Origin: Phoronis australis
Taxonomy: Eukaryota; Animalia; Phoronida
NCBI GenBank assembly: GCA_002633005.1
Contig: NMRA01000306.1
Coordinates: 188,599 to 252,598, forward strand
Direction: 5' to 3'
DNA length: 64,000 nt
The translations under genes and the position numbers were made by a program. This document shows, one piece after another, positions 13,001-28,000 of this stretch (position 1 is the stretch's first letter; every line of letters begins with the position of its first letter). The notes under the pieces were generated by a model that was not told the origin of the DNA, ran no database searches, and saw nothing but the letters and a program-made list of their open reading frames with translations.

Positions 13001-16000
13001 CTGAATAGGCATCGTATTAAAAGTTTTCTGGGCTTAAGGGAATCGGAGTGGTGACCAGTATAAGCCAGAAATTTTCCACATGGGTGGTCTTTTTCCAAAG
13101 TCGCTTAAAGAGGAATTATTTTATCATATTATGGTGGACATTTCGCGCTACACGGTAATTATCTTTTAATAGAAAACCGGTTTTAGTATCCATTTGAGGC
13201 GACAAAGAACTTGCCTTCAGTCACAAAAACGTATCGTTTAGATCGCATCCTGTTACGACGTTCGCCTCAGTTTCTTCCGAATCGACGCGTGTTTACGGCT
13301 GCTTCACTTAAAAGGACAGCAAACCCCGTTTTGATGATTTAGTAGATTTTGAAAGGAGTTTTTCAAATTTTCCTCCAAGTTTTTGAGGGTTGTCGGGAGT
13401 ACAAAACATTATTTTGGTTCAGAGTTCATACTATATAATAATAGGCCAACACCCGATTCGGTCTGCCTTCAACAATAACGTTATTTCCTTTTCACTAAAT
13501 TTTAAAAAAACAATGTATCAAAACAGTGACAGTAAACTACAATGGCTTAGCTATTTGCTAATTATCATTCTGGACCACAGGAAATATTTGGGAATACTGA
13601 CAGCATTTTCAAAATAAGGAAAAACAGGCTTTTCGTATAATCAAGCAAAAGAATGTTCTTCAATCAAATTAATCTCTCGAAAATGTTTTTTGTCCTTTCT
13701 CAAGTTTTAAGCCATAATTAACACACTGTATTAACACACTATATAACAACATGAGATTAACCCACTGTATGATGAAATTTCACAAACTCTGATTAAGAAA
13801 GAACGTGGAAAAACGATCAGTGTATCTACCATTCTTAAGCTAAAATCATATAAATGACCACAGCGTAAGCTGAGACAGTTAATTCAATAAACACCACGTT
13901 CCCTCTACAACTTGTCAATATCTTATACAAATCAACAGAGCATGGTATGTTCAGGTGAAAATATAATCCTTTAAACACCGGGTCCACGACAGATCGCGAT
14001 TACTGACCTACAGATTAGTATAAAACATTAGTAAGTCTGACTAAAGGCACCAAACCTCGACTGAGCATAAAACAATGGCTACAGTTTATGTAAACATTAT
14101 TGGTTTTAAAAGGTATGAACTGCAGACAACATTTGAAACTGATTGAAGCCTGCATTCCAAGCATAGTTGACGGAGAAGCGTATATCGTACCCTCTGGAAA
14201 TCATACTTCATTTTGCCACCGTTGTGTGAAAACGATATGACCGGCACTTATAGGTTTCCAATTTTAGCCGAAAACTAGGACACTTGAAACTCGGCCTTTT
14301 GATGCATTACTTCGCATGTCAACAGCGCTGCACATGGAAAACCAACACGAGGTCTTACAAACCTCTGGCGAATTCCCGCTGTGCAGTTACAAGTTCGCAC
14401 CATGACCTAAAGGAAGTGGGACGAACACGCGATTTGCTTCTCATCCCATCAAGGTCTATTTGCTTCCCATCATATAAAGGTCTATTTGCTTCTCATCACA
14501 TCAAGGCCTGTTTGCTTCTCATCATATAAAGGTCTATTTGCTTCTCATCATATAAAGGTATATTTGCTTCTCATCTTATGAAGGCCTATTTGCTTCTCAT
14601 TCTATAAGGGCCTATTTGCTTCTCATCCCACCAAGGAGGTATATTTGCTTTTCATCATATAAAGGTCTATTTGTTTCTCATCCCATAAAGGTCTATTTGC
14701 TTCTAATCCCATAAAGGTCTATTTGCATTAAAACCACTTCGTACCCAAATCCCCACAATGGAAGCACCTCTATTCACACCAATTCTACACCCCTTCACTG
14801 CTGTGGCTGTCTTGCATCTCCACTATTTACCCTGAAAATTAACTGTTTGCCCAGCAAATCGCTAATTATTGGCTTGAGTTGGGGCGCTGAACTCTCTGCC
14901 CTTCGTAAATTTCACCCCTAGCCTTGTACATACATACTTTATGTGTTTACTATAGAAAAAAAGTCACCGATAAGGTTCTTTCAAATGAGTATACAAAATT
15001 TGATAGATTTTATGATGCCAATATTTCGCGAGTCGAAAAACAGAATTTTTACACCGCTAGTTGGCATTTCCCGAATACGATATTATGTAAGAAAGTTGGC
15101 ACCCTTAGTTTCTGTGCGCTTTGCGCACGTAACTAATTCTGTCACAATTATGCCAACGGTTCATTTTGAATGTTTGCATTTACCATTAAATACGACTGAC
15201 AATTAATTATCAATTCTACTCACAGTTATTGAAAACAATTGTTTGTTTGAGTGTCTGTCGTGTAGGCATCAGCAAATTTTAATGGACTATTTTTAATGTT
15301 GCAGATTGTTATAATCACAACCCAGAAAAAGAAACAAAGGAATACTTTAGAAACACAGGTATGTTATTGATAATACTTCACATATATTCTCATGATATTA
15401 CAGACGGAAGGTCAATGGCAGTTTGATACAGCTACTACTCGACACAATTCAATATTGATATCTACGTTTAAAATCATTAGCCCACATAGAGATACTGACA
15501 ATCTCTCTGCATGACCACGAACATTGGATTTTGAATAACTGAGTAGTCTGTAGTGACGTGACTGTAACTCTCAGTCTAATCGATTATGTTGAATGGTATC
15601 GATATACCTGGGCTTAGCTATGATAAGCAAACGCAAATTACTGTTCTTGGTTGTTTTGGTTTTTTCCTTATTAATGTTTCTTACCAACTTTGAGGTTTGA
15701 TGGCAGCTAATCAACTTAACGTTCAGAATATGAACGATGAGTGGTTTGCGATTATTTCAAATTTCATTCGAAACGTTACGTTTTGTGTTTTTACACGTAA
15801 CGCACGGGATCGGAAGCGATCAATTGCTGCAAATGCCATCCAATTTTAAAAATGCTACTTTTCCAACAAATTTAAAATGGAACTATTAGGAAAACACAAA
15901 CGTTATATAACACAAAAACAAAATGATAATTTAGGAAAATGTTTTTGAGATTTCACCTTCAATATCTGTATCAAAATAAATTTTGCTATGCCATTGATTC

Positions 16001-19000
16001 TGTCGTTTTGCTATGAACGTACTTTCCCGTTTTTTCGAAAGACACGATCACGTGACTTAGTCCCAAAATAAACTCTGCAGTCCTCATAATCTTGGATAAT
16101 ATAGACTTTTACTTAGTTAGATATTTGGCTAAATAGTTGCATAATCATCACCTTAGACTTACTGAGTGAATATTTTTGATTCTCAAATCGCTTCTGTTAA
16201 GAATTCAACATAGATAGGCTAAACAGCGGTGAATTCCGTATGAAAACTTATAAGAATTGCCAAAACACACAGGAAATGCCCAATCTAAGACATGCGCACG
16301 TGCAAGGACAGCCACTTGCGTCTAAAAGCTTAGGCATATGCGCCTGTGTGAAACAATTGACCATTACTTCGATATAGACGACCCAAACACGCGCATATAC
16401 TGTAAGAGTAAAAATGGCCATTGAAGAAGCTTTGTATACTTCCCTGACCAAGTCCAGCACTACATTCGCAATGTGATGGAACATTTTGTTTTCTACTGCT
16501 GGATTCAGGTCTATGCGATGAGGCGTCGAACTCCCAATTCCAGTTAACTCAGCTGAAAGATAGAAAATCAACATCTGCAGCGTTGGAGACAAAGAACGGT
16601 GTTGCAAGTGCGTTAGAGTGTGCGAAGTTGTGTATGAACCATGGCTCCTGCAAGTCAGCAGACTACGTCAACACGACGTGCACATTTCATGGGGTGACGT
16701 GGACGGAGGCACTCATGACAGAGCCCTCTGTCGTCCATTTGGAGTTTCAATGCGTAGTGGGTAAGCGGCATTGTATTCTTCGTAAGCCTGACGTGAAAAT
16801 CATAACTTGAAGAAGATGAGTAACCAACATTAGTTGCACAATTTTACTGAAAGCGTTTTTGCATCCTAATGTTGGAAAATGACTACCACCAGACTTTTAT
16901 TTGTAAAATGATGCAGCTGTAGATAACTAATAATGAATCGAGCCCGGCGTGCATAACAGGAAAGATACCCAAACATATCCGTGTTTGGCGATCAATGAGC
17001 CCTGTTTGTGAGCCGTTGAGTCGTGTCCATTTGAGTCGTGTTTTTGACTGTGTGCAGACTGAGGAACTTGCTAGGTTTGGGCAGCCTGTAACGGTGAATA
17101 ACTGCCCTTTATGTAGGTTTTATTCAAACTTTAAATTTCTAAAAACCAACTCACCCTTGTTTACAACGAGCAGTTCATGTCACGTGATCACACAATCGGA
17201 GTGGTGAACTGTCGGAGTTCTGGGCCGAGACTCGAATCTTTTTACTCGAAATGGAATTCGAAATTATGTTTGGCATTGCCCTACTTTAGTGCGAACTCAA
17301 GGTAAGTGTCTATTACTCTACATGTATATGCTTGAGTACATAATGACTTACGTGGATGATTCATTAGTCCTAGTTTGCAGTTGATAAATCCATCATTTAA
17401 GCTAAAAGTTCGAGTTTGAGCTCGAAATTTCGAGTTTTTACTCGAGGTTGTAGCACCAATATAAGGGTTTTTAAGTAAAAACTTGGACCATAAACTCACA
17501 TGCATAAACTATACTTATTCGAGAACAGTCTGATAACCACTTATCTTGAATTCTCACAATGGAGCAGAGGTATTGCCAAAAATAATTTCGAGTTTGTTTC
17601 GAGCACAAAGATTAGAGACCTGGTCCTGGTTTTGAAAATTCAAAGATTTGTAGTGAATTTTAGAAGATAACGAACCTTCGGAGTAATGGGCATTCGGAGT
17701 ACTGCACCTTCGGAGTATTGAACCTTCGTCATAGTGACATGGAATCTTGGAAATTTTTTCCATCAAGTTTGTACCTCGTATGAAGTCTGCATGGTTGTGC
17801 ACCATTGACATCGATTGACTAGAGAAGATTTTCATTGACCAAAGTTGAGATCTACGCTTACTTTTCCATCATAATGTTCATATATGCTCAACGGTGCGTT
17901 CTCAGTGCAAGAAAACACGGTAGTTGAATGTCTGTTTTTTAGCACGACGGAGGACTGCCTATAATGAACTTACCGTCAGCTTGTACTGAATTTAAAAGAA
18001 CAGAAACGTTCAAACGTGTACAGGCATTCATATCAATCCACCAATCCACAATCAAAGTGGACACTGGATGAACAACATATTTGGATTTTTGACGATCACC
18101 TTCAATTCAAAATTTGTAAATGCCTACACCTCTACCGTACTGTGCTTGCAATTAAAACCAAAATAGCAGAATAACAAATCTCAAATTTCTACTGTTTTGT
18201 TTCTTGGCCGAGTTTAAGGCATTTACACCTCACTATTTTTGGGAACTCTCTCAATGCTATTTACAAAATATGTAGCTTACTAAGGTCGTAGGGTTAGTCT
18301 TTTATGCTTAGGTATAGACATTCACATTTGGACTCACTTGTTGCCCTTTGGTGTAGCCACCACGCGCGTGGTTTATGAATAACATAAAGCTTCCTCTTAT
18401 CATATGCACGATCCTGTCATCTACACAAACAGCGGCACTCAGACGAAGTTTGCCGAGTACGACCCGATGACACGTGAAGCGCTTTGAATCAGAGGCAAAT
18501 TCAAATTTATTACTAACTTAGTTACATGCATCATTGTAGTTAGTAGCACCAGTAGCTGCAACAATTTTATTGTTATTATCCATTCATATCCATGTTTAAC
18601 GAATATGCTGGAGCTGGACCTTTTCGGCGGGGGAGGGGTTCGATCGACCCCCCCACGGCTACAGGCCTGTACTATTAATTATCAAATTAAAAAGGTGAAA
18701 CATAAACTAAAATCTTTATTTAATTCAACTGCAACCCCCTCCCCCAATGTGGATGCCCGGGGCCGTCGCCACGGTGACTGAGCACCATCAAGAAAATCTA
18801 TGAATAATTAATTCGAACGTGTTTTATAATCACTATAAAGACAAAAAGCGAATAGTTCCATTGCCCGCATACCTGTGTCGTGCAAATGAAATGATTGTCA
18901 ATCTCACTGACACGTGATACCCACGAACTGTGAATAATATGTTCGCAACATGAACAGAATGTTTAATCTACGTTACAGCTTTGATAGTTTCCACGAAATC

Positions 19001-22000
19001 TAACACGGCCGTACGTACTCAATATCAGGTGCCGCAGAGGTGTTTTCAGCCTTTTTGGAGAACACCATATCAAACATAAAAATACGGACTGTTCCAGAGA
19101 GAGTTCAACAGCCGATCTACTGAAGTTCTTCCTCATACGTAGCACTGAGAACGCACCGTTTTCCAGCACTTTACGTAATATTGGGTCTACAAATTTCAAC
19201 TTTTGATAAAACAATGTTCCCCATCTGGCGTAGTTTGGGCGGTCCTGGGCAAAGTATACATCTAGCGTAGCCGGAAAAATGTTGATACAGCCACTGACGT
19301 CATTGTTCTTAACGCATCTCTGGAGTTTTCTGTGGGCTCGGTTGACCAAAACTGATAAGTTTTGCCAAATTTGCCATTAATCACTGGGTGAAATGAAGGT
19401 AGTTGGCACGCATACATAACGCAGAAAACAGCAAAAGACGGCATTTTGGTTTTTATTCGTTGTAGCAGTTGCATTAAATGACTTGTCCGAAAACAGAGGA
19501 ACCCAGCTTAGACTGGTAAAATAGGACAACGAAAAATCGAAATTCGTGAATCATGTGGAGTATTCCATTGTTTTCGCATGGACTTGTGAGGTCATTGCGA
19601 CACCAGGCGCGATGTTTCTGGTTTTCATGCCCTGACGTAAACTTGCGGACAAAAATCTTTCACCTTGTGTCATAACCTATGTCGTACGGACTCAGTGGCT
19701 TTATTACAAATCGAAGTGCCTGGTTCCTCAATGTGATGCTTATTCATTGTGAATGGGCTTGTAATCAACTCTTTATTTGTCTGATTGGGGCTTCTTACTG
19801 TTGTGCCCCGTGCATGTGATGCTGAACATCGGACGATTGATTTCAAACGGTTACCTGGTGGGTTGATTTAGCTCAACTCAGGTATTTGGGCGTGTCTGGC
19901 GGGGATAAACCACCACTAGATTTGTCTGGCAGTATTTATTCTTGATACCTGGGCTTACGGCGAATATTTTGCAACTGGTTTCATGCGGTTACCTTTTGGG
20001 TTGATCTAGCTCAATTCAGGTCTTTGGGGTGTCTGACGGGGCTAACTCACCACTAGATTTGTCTGGCAGTGGTCATTCGTGATACCTGGGCTCACGGTGA
20101 ATATTTTGAAACTGGTTTCACGCGGTTACCTCTTGGATTGATCTAGCTCAATTTTTGCACCTTGTTTATAACAGTCTGGCTGATACTCCCAACCACTGAA
20201 ATTGTTTTGCAGTGACCAATTTTGATGCAGTGGATTACGTAGGAGGTATCCAAGGCGGTTTGAAGTGGTTACCAGAAAAGTTGATCTAGCTCAATTTTTG
20301 AGTGTCAATCTCTTGGCTCCCCCGACCACACCCACCAAAGCGAACCTGCTAGACGGCCATTTCCAAGCATTAGGATACTCACAGAGCACTGTGACACCAA
20401 ATACAATTGGTTACCTTTTCATGCCCAAAAAAGCTCTGGGATCCCGGTCTTCAAAAGACACCCTTTACATTAGTGAATCAATGATATTTAGTAATACAAA
20501 ATGGTACAAAATAATCTAAGAAATATGTTTTAAAGGCTGATGAGTGCGCATCATTGCAGCCGAAGTATAACATTGTGGGATAACCCTTTCGTTACGTCTG
20601 TTACAAGGTCAGGTGATAGTATTCTTATAGGAGCATGTCTTATCAAAAAAGTAATCATTCTGCGCTTCCCTGTACACGTGCGCACACGGGGGGGGGGGGG
20701 NCAGAGAAACAAAATGTCCAAAGAAAGTAGAAAACGAGACAAAAGTCCACTAAAAATACAAGAATTCGGCGAATGCACAATTCATAGCTCTGAACGCACC
20801 CTGTTTTTTACTAAAAGGTCCACATTCTCAAAAATTCGAGCACCCCTACTTTTTAGACTGGGTGCGCGCATGCTATAAATGGATTTCAATTGCATTTGTC
20901 CTTCCAGGTGACGCGTGCCAGTCGGGGTGGACATCGGTTGACGGTTCGCCGTGTTACTTGATCCGTCAACAGGCGGCGCCTATGCAGCAAGCCGTCGATT
21001 TCTGCGATGGAATCTACAGTCACGTGCTATTTATTAATTCACCATCTGAAAGGAGAAAGTTTCAAAGATTTTTAAACGAGTTTGTATTACGTTTTTGCCT
21101 TTGCCTTTAAGCGCCTGGTAATTAAACAAAACGACAACACAATTAAGGTCAGGTAGGGTCCTAGAAAAATGTCCAAATTAGTTTTCAAACTTCAAAGCAT
21201 AATATATGTATCTCACAATTGTCTGATCGGATTCTTACGTAACTTTCAGGTATCATGCTTTATGAACTGTTATTCAAAACGCCGTAAGCCGCTGTTGTTT
21301 TAAAATATTAAACTTTTGCATGATTGGCTATCAGAAATACGACTTCAAACGATTGTTTACGAAAAATCAAAAGGTTTGTAAACAAAAAACGAACTGATCA
21401 TTTAGAAAAATGTAACAGCATTTTTTAGATTTCATCTGGAATTTTTATAAAAACGGATTTGGATTTGATCTTGATACTGCTGTTTTGATATGTATGTACA
21501 TTTCATTTTGCTAAATATCATTAAAAAGACATGGTCCCGTGACCTAATTAAATGCAGTTTGGTATGAAGCCAAACTTCAAATTTTACAAGTTTTCTACTT
21601 TCAGAAATATACAGTTTCACTTAAATCTATGGTTTTGTAGATATTTGACTAAATACACAGACTAGTCGTTAAAGCCTATGTAACCTAAACCCGATATAGA
21701 AGGTTTGAATCAATTGGCAAGTCACTGATGCAAATGTGTATTTCACGATTCTGGAATCGATTGGACCTAACACGAAGGTCCCGACAGCATAGTAGACTTG
21801 TTCTGGGTTACACTAGGCATTTAGCCGTCTTTGAATAAGAATCAGTAGTCTGAGTTACACATGTGGACCGTCACATTTCAATCATGGCAATACTTTGAAT
21901 TTGAACTAAAACAAAGAATAGCAATTTCCGAGGCTGTTTTGTACACTTAACTCAAACATGTTCACACAAATCTTAAAGCCATACTTATAAGGCTAACCAT

Positions 22001-25000
22001 TAAAACTACCGTCATTTGGAAAGATATGATAAGCATGGTTGCAACCCGAAAACTTAAATGCTCTGTTTCAGACGTACGATCGGACTGAATGTAAAACACA
22101 TGCTATTCACCAGCTGAACATTTTATTGTGTGATCGATAATAGTATTGGTTTCAACTGATATTGGCTATTTGTAGATCGATGAAGACGTCAAATACGTCT
22201 CTTCAAAATTATTGGCTTACAACAGTCACAGTTGGCGAAGAAACGCATGATTGGATGTTCAGCAGAGGAGTCATATACGACCCCTACACTGGCCGACACA
22301 CCAGCGCCCCTTGCGCCAAACTAAACTGCATTGATAGTGATTGTGAATGGGAGGAAGAAGACTGCGGGAACTCGTTAAGCTTCGTTTGTGAAAAGTCTTC
22401 CAGGGGTGAGGAAACACATATGTCACAAACTAAAACCAAATGGTCTAAAGCATTGTCATTCTATTTTGCATTTTATTTATACGAAGGTTATTCTAACAAG
22501 GACAACGTTTTTGGGAAATGGTGTCAGATATAATATTTTATTCCCTATCAAAGTTAAACTTTATGTGTTATAGAAGAGTTATGTTTCAAATATACTGAAC
22601 CAAGCCAAACGATTTTTGATTCACATGTGCTTACATATGAAAAAATACATTTTACCCATGATCTGTCTTTTAAGCATAAAAGAAAGCAGTCACGCGATTT
22701 ACTCTTCATGTAATTTATTACAAATTTGGTACATACCACCTTTTTACTTACTATTGCAGACACGTGGAAGGCCGGAGAGTTGTTCGATCTCTCTCTATTG
22801 TCACAGTCAGCCTTCACAGCCTCAAGTTCGGCCTGTGCAGCAAAACATTTACCGTCGTCTTCCGGAGGGTGGTGCGCTGGGTCAAACACAAACCCGAATG
22901 ATTACGTTCAGGTCGACCTAGGCACGGTTATGACCGTCGTGAGAACTAAGACGCTGGTAAGTGCAATGGCCAGGAACATCTGCGAAACCATTTGGATAGG
23001 TATCACCAGCTTTCCAAGTTAACTCGGCGTAGACTGCTCCGTCAGGAAGAATTCTGTCTTTGTCTAGCTTTGATCCACTTTACATTTAGCGATGGGATGC
23101 GCGTTTAATATATGTTATTAGCACTTTTGTTCAACGTAAAATCGGAACAAATCAATATAATTTTTGCTCCAGGCTGCTAATACCGTTACACGGCGTTCAC
23201 ATTAAGTTTGAGAAAAAAGGTCATAAGAATAATCCCTTGCCATTAAAGAGGCATGGAACGCAAAAGCTCGTCAAAAATATCTTTTAAACAAATCATGACG
23301 GATGCATCATCTTGCAACGTCTAGTTCAAAGTAATTCACTTTTCCCTGTGAAAATTTCCAGAAAAACATCACAGAATTCATGTTTTCTGAAATATGCGAG
23401 AAGGAAAAACTCTGTGGTTACCACATAGTTTCTGATATCCCTGACAATTATAATAAATGCGTACATGTGCTCATAGCCAGTTGGTTGAATTCTGTAGTGG
23501 TCAAAGGTCACATTTTCCATACAAGAGAAATGTGCTACGTTTATGTCTTGCCAAACCAAATAAGGCGACGTGCTTTGCCTTGTGGGAGAAAAGTCATCGA
23601 CGTGGCGAGTTGACAGATCGTTTTTTAAATTTGAAACTTAAAGAAAATGCTTTGATATCAACGAAAAAACACTAGAAATACCCAGTGAGCATGTTGAATT
23701 CTGTGTCAGGGGCAGAGAAACACATTCAATGTTGCAATTTATTCTGTTTATCACGTTCCAGGCCTCTTTAAGAGTTCTCGTGTGAACGCTCATGCGGCAT
23801 TGTCCAGTTAATTTTTGCAAACTTACTATGTTTACCAATATCTCTGTGGGAGGAGGCAGTGTGGCCTGGTTGATAAGTGCCCGCTTTCTTTACTCGAGGT
23901 CGTGGGTTCGAGTCCCACCAGGTCACACTGCTAAACCCTTGAGCCAGGTTTCTAGCTCCTCAGCTCGGTTTTAACCATATAGTAATAAAGCAAAAAATAT
24001 TTCCAGGTGATCAGTGCAATGGGCCCACATGCGAGGCCTGCGCACGTCTGGTACAACGTGTATCAGACCGCCTGCAATTATTTTTTATTAATATCTCTGT
24101 GGGGACATTGTTGCCAGTTGTACACTGTGGGATATATCGTAACGAAACTCCCGGTCACAAACAAACATGATTCCATGAACTTTGAAACAACATTTAATAC
24201 CATCTTTACTTGACATTTAAACCATTGAACAGATACAAGTAAACCATATTTATATGTATGTTGCATTCGAGAACCCTATTTTGAATGAGCAGCAGACAGG
24301 GTCCCGCTACACACTACTTTTCTTTGATTGTCTTTCGTGTTACCCTTTCATTTGTCATTCTTTTCAATATTTCACACCTGCCGAGTCCCTCTGTACATGT
24401 TACAAGCTTCTCTGTTGTTGTAGTACTACGTCATTTTATTTGTACTTCAGAATGAAACAAGTATGTTTCGAAATATTGTGTGTCTTTTAATCATGTCCTT
24501 TGGTCAGTTACTTTACCAACATTGTGTTGTATATACAGGATAGACCACGTGACTGACGGCATTCTTCTGAGTGGTATATCCTGGGTACATATTGGAAATA
24601 GTTTATACCAATTAATGCATTCGCGAGTGTGAGATTGTCTGGGCAGAGTCTTTTTTTAAGAAATAATTTAGTTTTTTAGAGCTCATTTACTTGAAAAAAG
24701 CATTTTTCAAATGAGAAGGTATTAATGACAGAAATAAATGCGTAAAAAGCTCGAAAAACTGATTCAAGTCCGCATGTTTCGTAAGCATTGAAAATAAAAA
24801 AATATTTTTAAATTCCACCGGAGTCCAGTCTCTTGAGAATTCAGATTAGGCTTTGTATTTAACAGTTAAAAATCACGTTTTATTTGATTTCAGCCTCGAT
24901 CTCAGCATAACCAGTGGGTCACGTTAATGGAGATCAGTGTGTCGATTGATGGAACCAGTTTTGAATGTGTTAAAGATGATGTCTCCAGTTCATGCAAACA

Positions 25001-28000
25001 GGTAAAGATCGGCAACGTTATGCCATTATCATTATCCCATACGCGTTGAATTTGTTGAGGGACATACGGCCATGTAATAATATTTTCTGTATTCACCTCC
25101 CGCGCTACTTCAACAGTGACCTCAAAAAGTAGGGCAATGTAGAGTCGATTTCGTTAGCAGGTTAGATCATCACACTTTCGGAAAATAGCTTAAAGTAATA
25201 CAATTGTAGCAGTGTAGATAACACTCAACATGCAATCAGATCTCAATCCTGACATCTGGAACAGGACTGTTAATTATATGACAGTTCTGTCTCAGTTTTC
25301 ATTTGCTAAATATTATATGGTCTGCAACTCAGGCGCCGATTCTTCGCTAACTACAATATCAAATATTGTTTTTAGTACTTCACTATTTTCAGGAGATGTC
25401 AAAAGTTCAGTGCAATGATACCTTTGTGTTCATCTTTGTTATCATTTTTTAAGTAATAAATCGTTATGATTTAATAACTGTTTCTTCTACTAGAGAAGAC
25501 TTGCAACCTAACGTGCAAGCACATACGTATAGGACATGATCCGATACGTGAAGAGTCTGAGTGAAGTATTTCAAAAATCTACGGAAAAAACAAGAAACTT
25601 AGAGATTTGAAGCGTATGGGATAAATACTAAACGTACCTCGATTGGCGTACATGAAGTAATATCCCACTCGACACTATTCCGGGTATCGACCGAGACCTT
25701 CGATACGCGGAATAATGTCTCGTGGGATATTACTTCATGTACCCCACTCTCGGTACGCTTCGCGTATTTATTATAACTATTATCTTATCGTCATTGTTGT
25801 CATTGCTGTTGTCTTATTTTTATATATTTATGCTCTTGTTCTGATTATTATTATTATTGATATTGTTATTACTGGTATTAATATAATAATACTGATGATG
25901 ATGGCGATGGAAATGGTGTTGACGGTGGTGGTGACGGTGGTGATGATGGTGATAGCGAAACTACTACTAGTAATAATTGCTTTTATTTTTGCTATTGTTA
26001 TTTCTATGGCAAACTTCTGTTCGCAAGTGGTTAAAACGGTGACTGCAACGCAAATATTAACTCAGTTCACTAAACAACTATGGCTAATAACAAGACAATG
26101 ACAATGCATTATATGCCACGCCCAAACTAGGATTCAAAGTTATACAGAAAAAAATACCCCAAACAACAGTTCATTACATAGAAAATAGTACATACTAGTT
26201 ACACGTAGGATTGAATGAACTATTTATTACATAACAAAAATGTTTGCTGTAGAATAAGGTCAAATTAAAAAGTTGAACTACACCTTTTTTCTCTTGCAAC
26301 CGAACTCCATCACTAATAAAACGCAAATAATTTCGCACAAACGTAATTCAAATTGTGTGGCTCAACTGACCAATCACATATCCACTGAAATTACGTCACA
26401 AATGAACAGGCGTTGTCAACGTCAGTCACAAATAGTAATAATTATAGTAATAATAATATAATAATATCTTTATCATCATCAGCACGTTTATTGTTAGTGT
26501 TATTATTATCATTATTATCATAATCATTATCATAACTATTGTTATTACTACTACTATTATTATTGTTGTTATTATCATATAGTGTTTGGAGTCACCATTT
26601 GCTCCTATGTTGGATGACATGCTAAGACAGAAGCGATGGACTTGAGTTACTGGACTTGTCATATGCTTTCCATGTTATTGATGATCATTCATTCTGGTTT
26701 ACACTGTACAAAGTAATTTTTACCTGAGTGCTGTTGCGTTGATTTGACAAACGGTATCCGTGAAAAGAAAAGCAGCGTTTCAATAATTGTGGTGGCTATT
26801 TTTTGTGAAAGTGTTCTCGTACACGCAGTTCTCCAGGAAAAATTGGTTTAGTTGGTAACGTATACAGCTGGGAATGTCGCTTGGTGTCGTTGTATATCCA
26901 CCTTCATATTATGATACATGATGTTTAAATGAAACCCCGTTGAAGTTAATTTTAGTTACATGTAACTGTGGCTATTCAATTATTTTGTCACAGTGATTAT
27001 TATAATTACCACTGTCGTTATCAAAACGACATTAACAGACAGTTGGATATTTAACAGCGAATGTCAACAATATCTAAACTGAAAAGAACTGAGAAAGGAA
27101 TTGTAGCGCACAACTAGACGCCATTCTAAAAACCCAATAAAAAGACATGTGATCGCATGCCATTTGCCTTTGTCATTTTGATTAGCTTGAGGAACATCAC
27201 GTCACTGTTTTGCACACCATCCGTGGAGAAGATTCTTTTGCCACAGTAGCGATTAATTTAATCAATCAATTTATTTCTGTAATAAAGGCCATGGGCCCAC
27301 TGTAGAAAAGAGCAATGTTTAACATATTTAAGAGTGCAGCAAGCGATCACGGAGACGAAAAGCATGCAATACTTATTTACATAGATTAACTAATTTAGCA
27401 TCATCACTTGTTGACATCAATCAATTGAACTTATAAAGAGAAGGAAACTCCGAGTGGTACACTTCGATATAATTTCTCTCGGTTCCGAATATTTATCACA
27501 GCTTAGAAGGAAATGATACACGTCCTCAACAACATTGGGGCAGAAGGCTGGGACACACTCGGTTTGCCCTATCCAAATTCAAGTGCCTGCCTACTTCAAT
27601 CATGAGACTGTGGCTGGAACAATCCTCCTTTTCACGGGCTTCATGAGCGATCTCTTTTACAGCATCCTTTTCTCGTTAATATTCCCCTTTTTATCACGAA
27701 CTGCACTTTTTTTTCATGTGTCGCATTTCTGTTCTTACGAATGCAATTACTTTCTCATTAACCCCAATTGCCAGTTGCGGTGTACCCACCAGCACGTGCT
27801 AAATAATGTCAAGAACGAGCAATTCTTGATTTCGACCAGTCATGCAAAGAAACGTGGTTCATGGGAAAAACAGAGTTCGCAACAATCAAATCATGGTTGA
27901 TGAGAAAATAAACAGAGCTTGTAAGATAACAAATTCGTTTATGAGAACGATCGCTTTTAGTAAGAAGTTCCAAGCGGGAGGTTTGAGTGGAAGATTGTCT

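Noticed and set aside
14432-14726. Regular 26-bp repeats as a CRISPR array
   Set aside because: Units are contiguous with no unique spacers, there are no cas genes, and the context is a eukaryotic intron.
10013-15304. A TSP1 exon before the first linker exon, expected from the repeat pattern
   Set aside because: I found no WxxW/Cys exon by eye; small missed exons cannot be excluded.
23851-23930. tRNA gene
   Set aside because: A and B boxes are present but there is no convincing cloverleaf; the body, AT tail and TSD indicate a SINE.
25715-26662. Hydrophobic ORFs (25715-26101, 26426-26662) as transmembrane exons
   Set aside because: They are translations of ATT/GTT/GAT simple repeats inside an intron that interrupts an FA58C domain.
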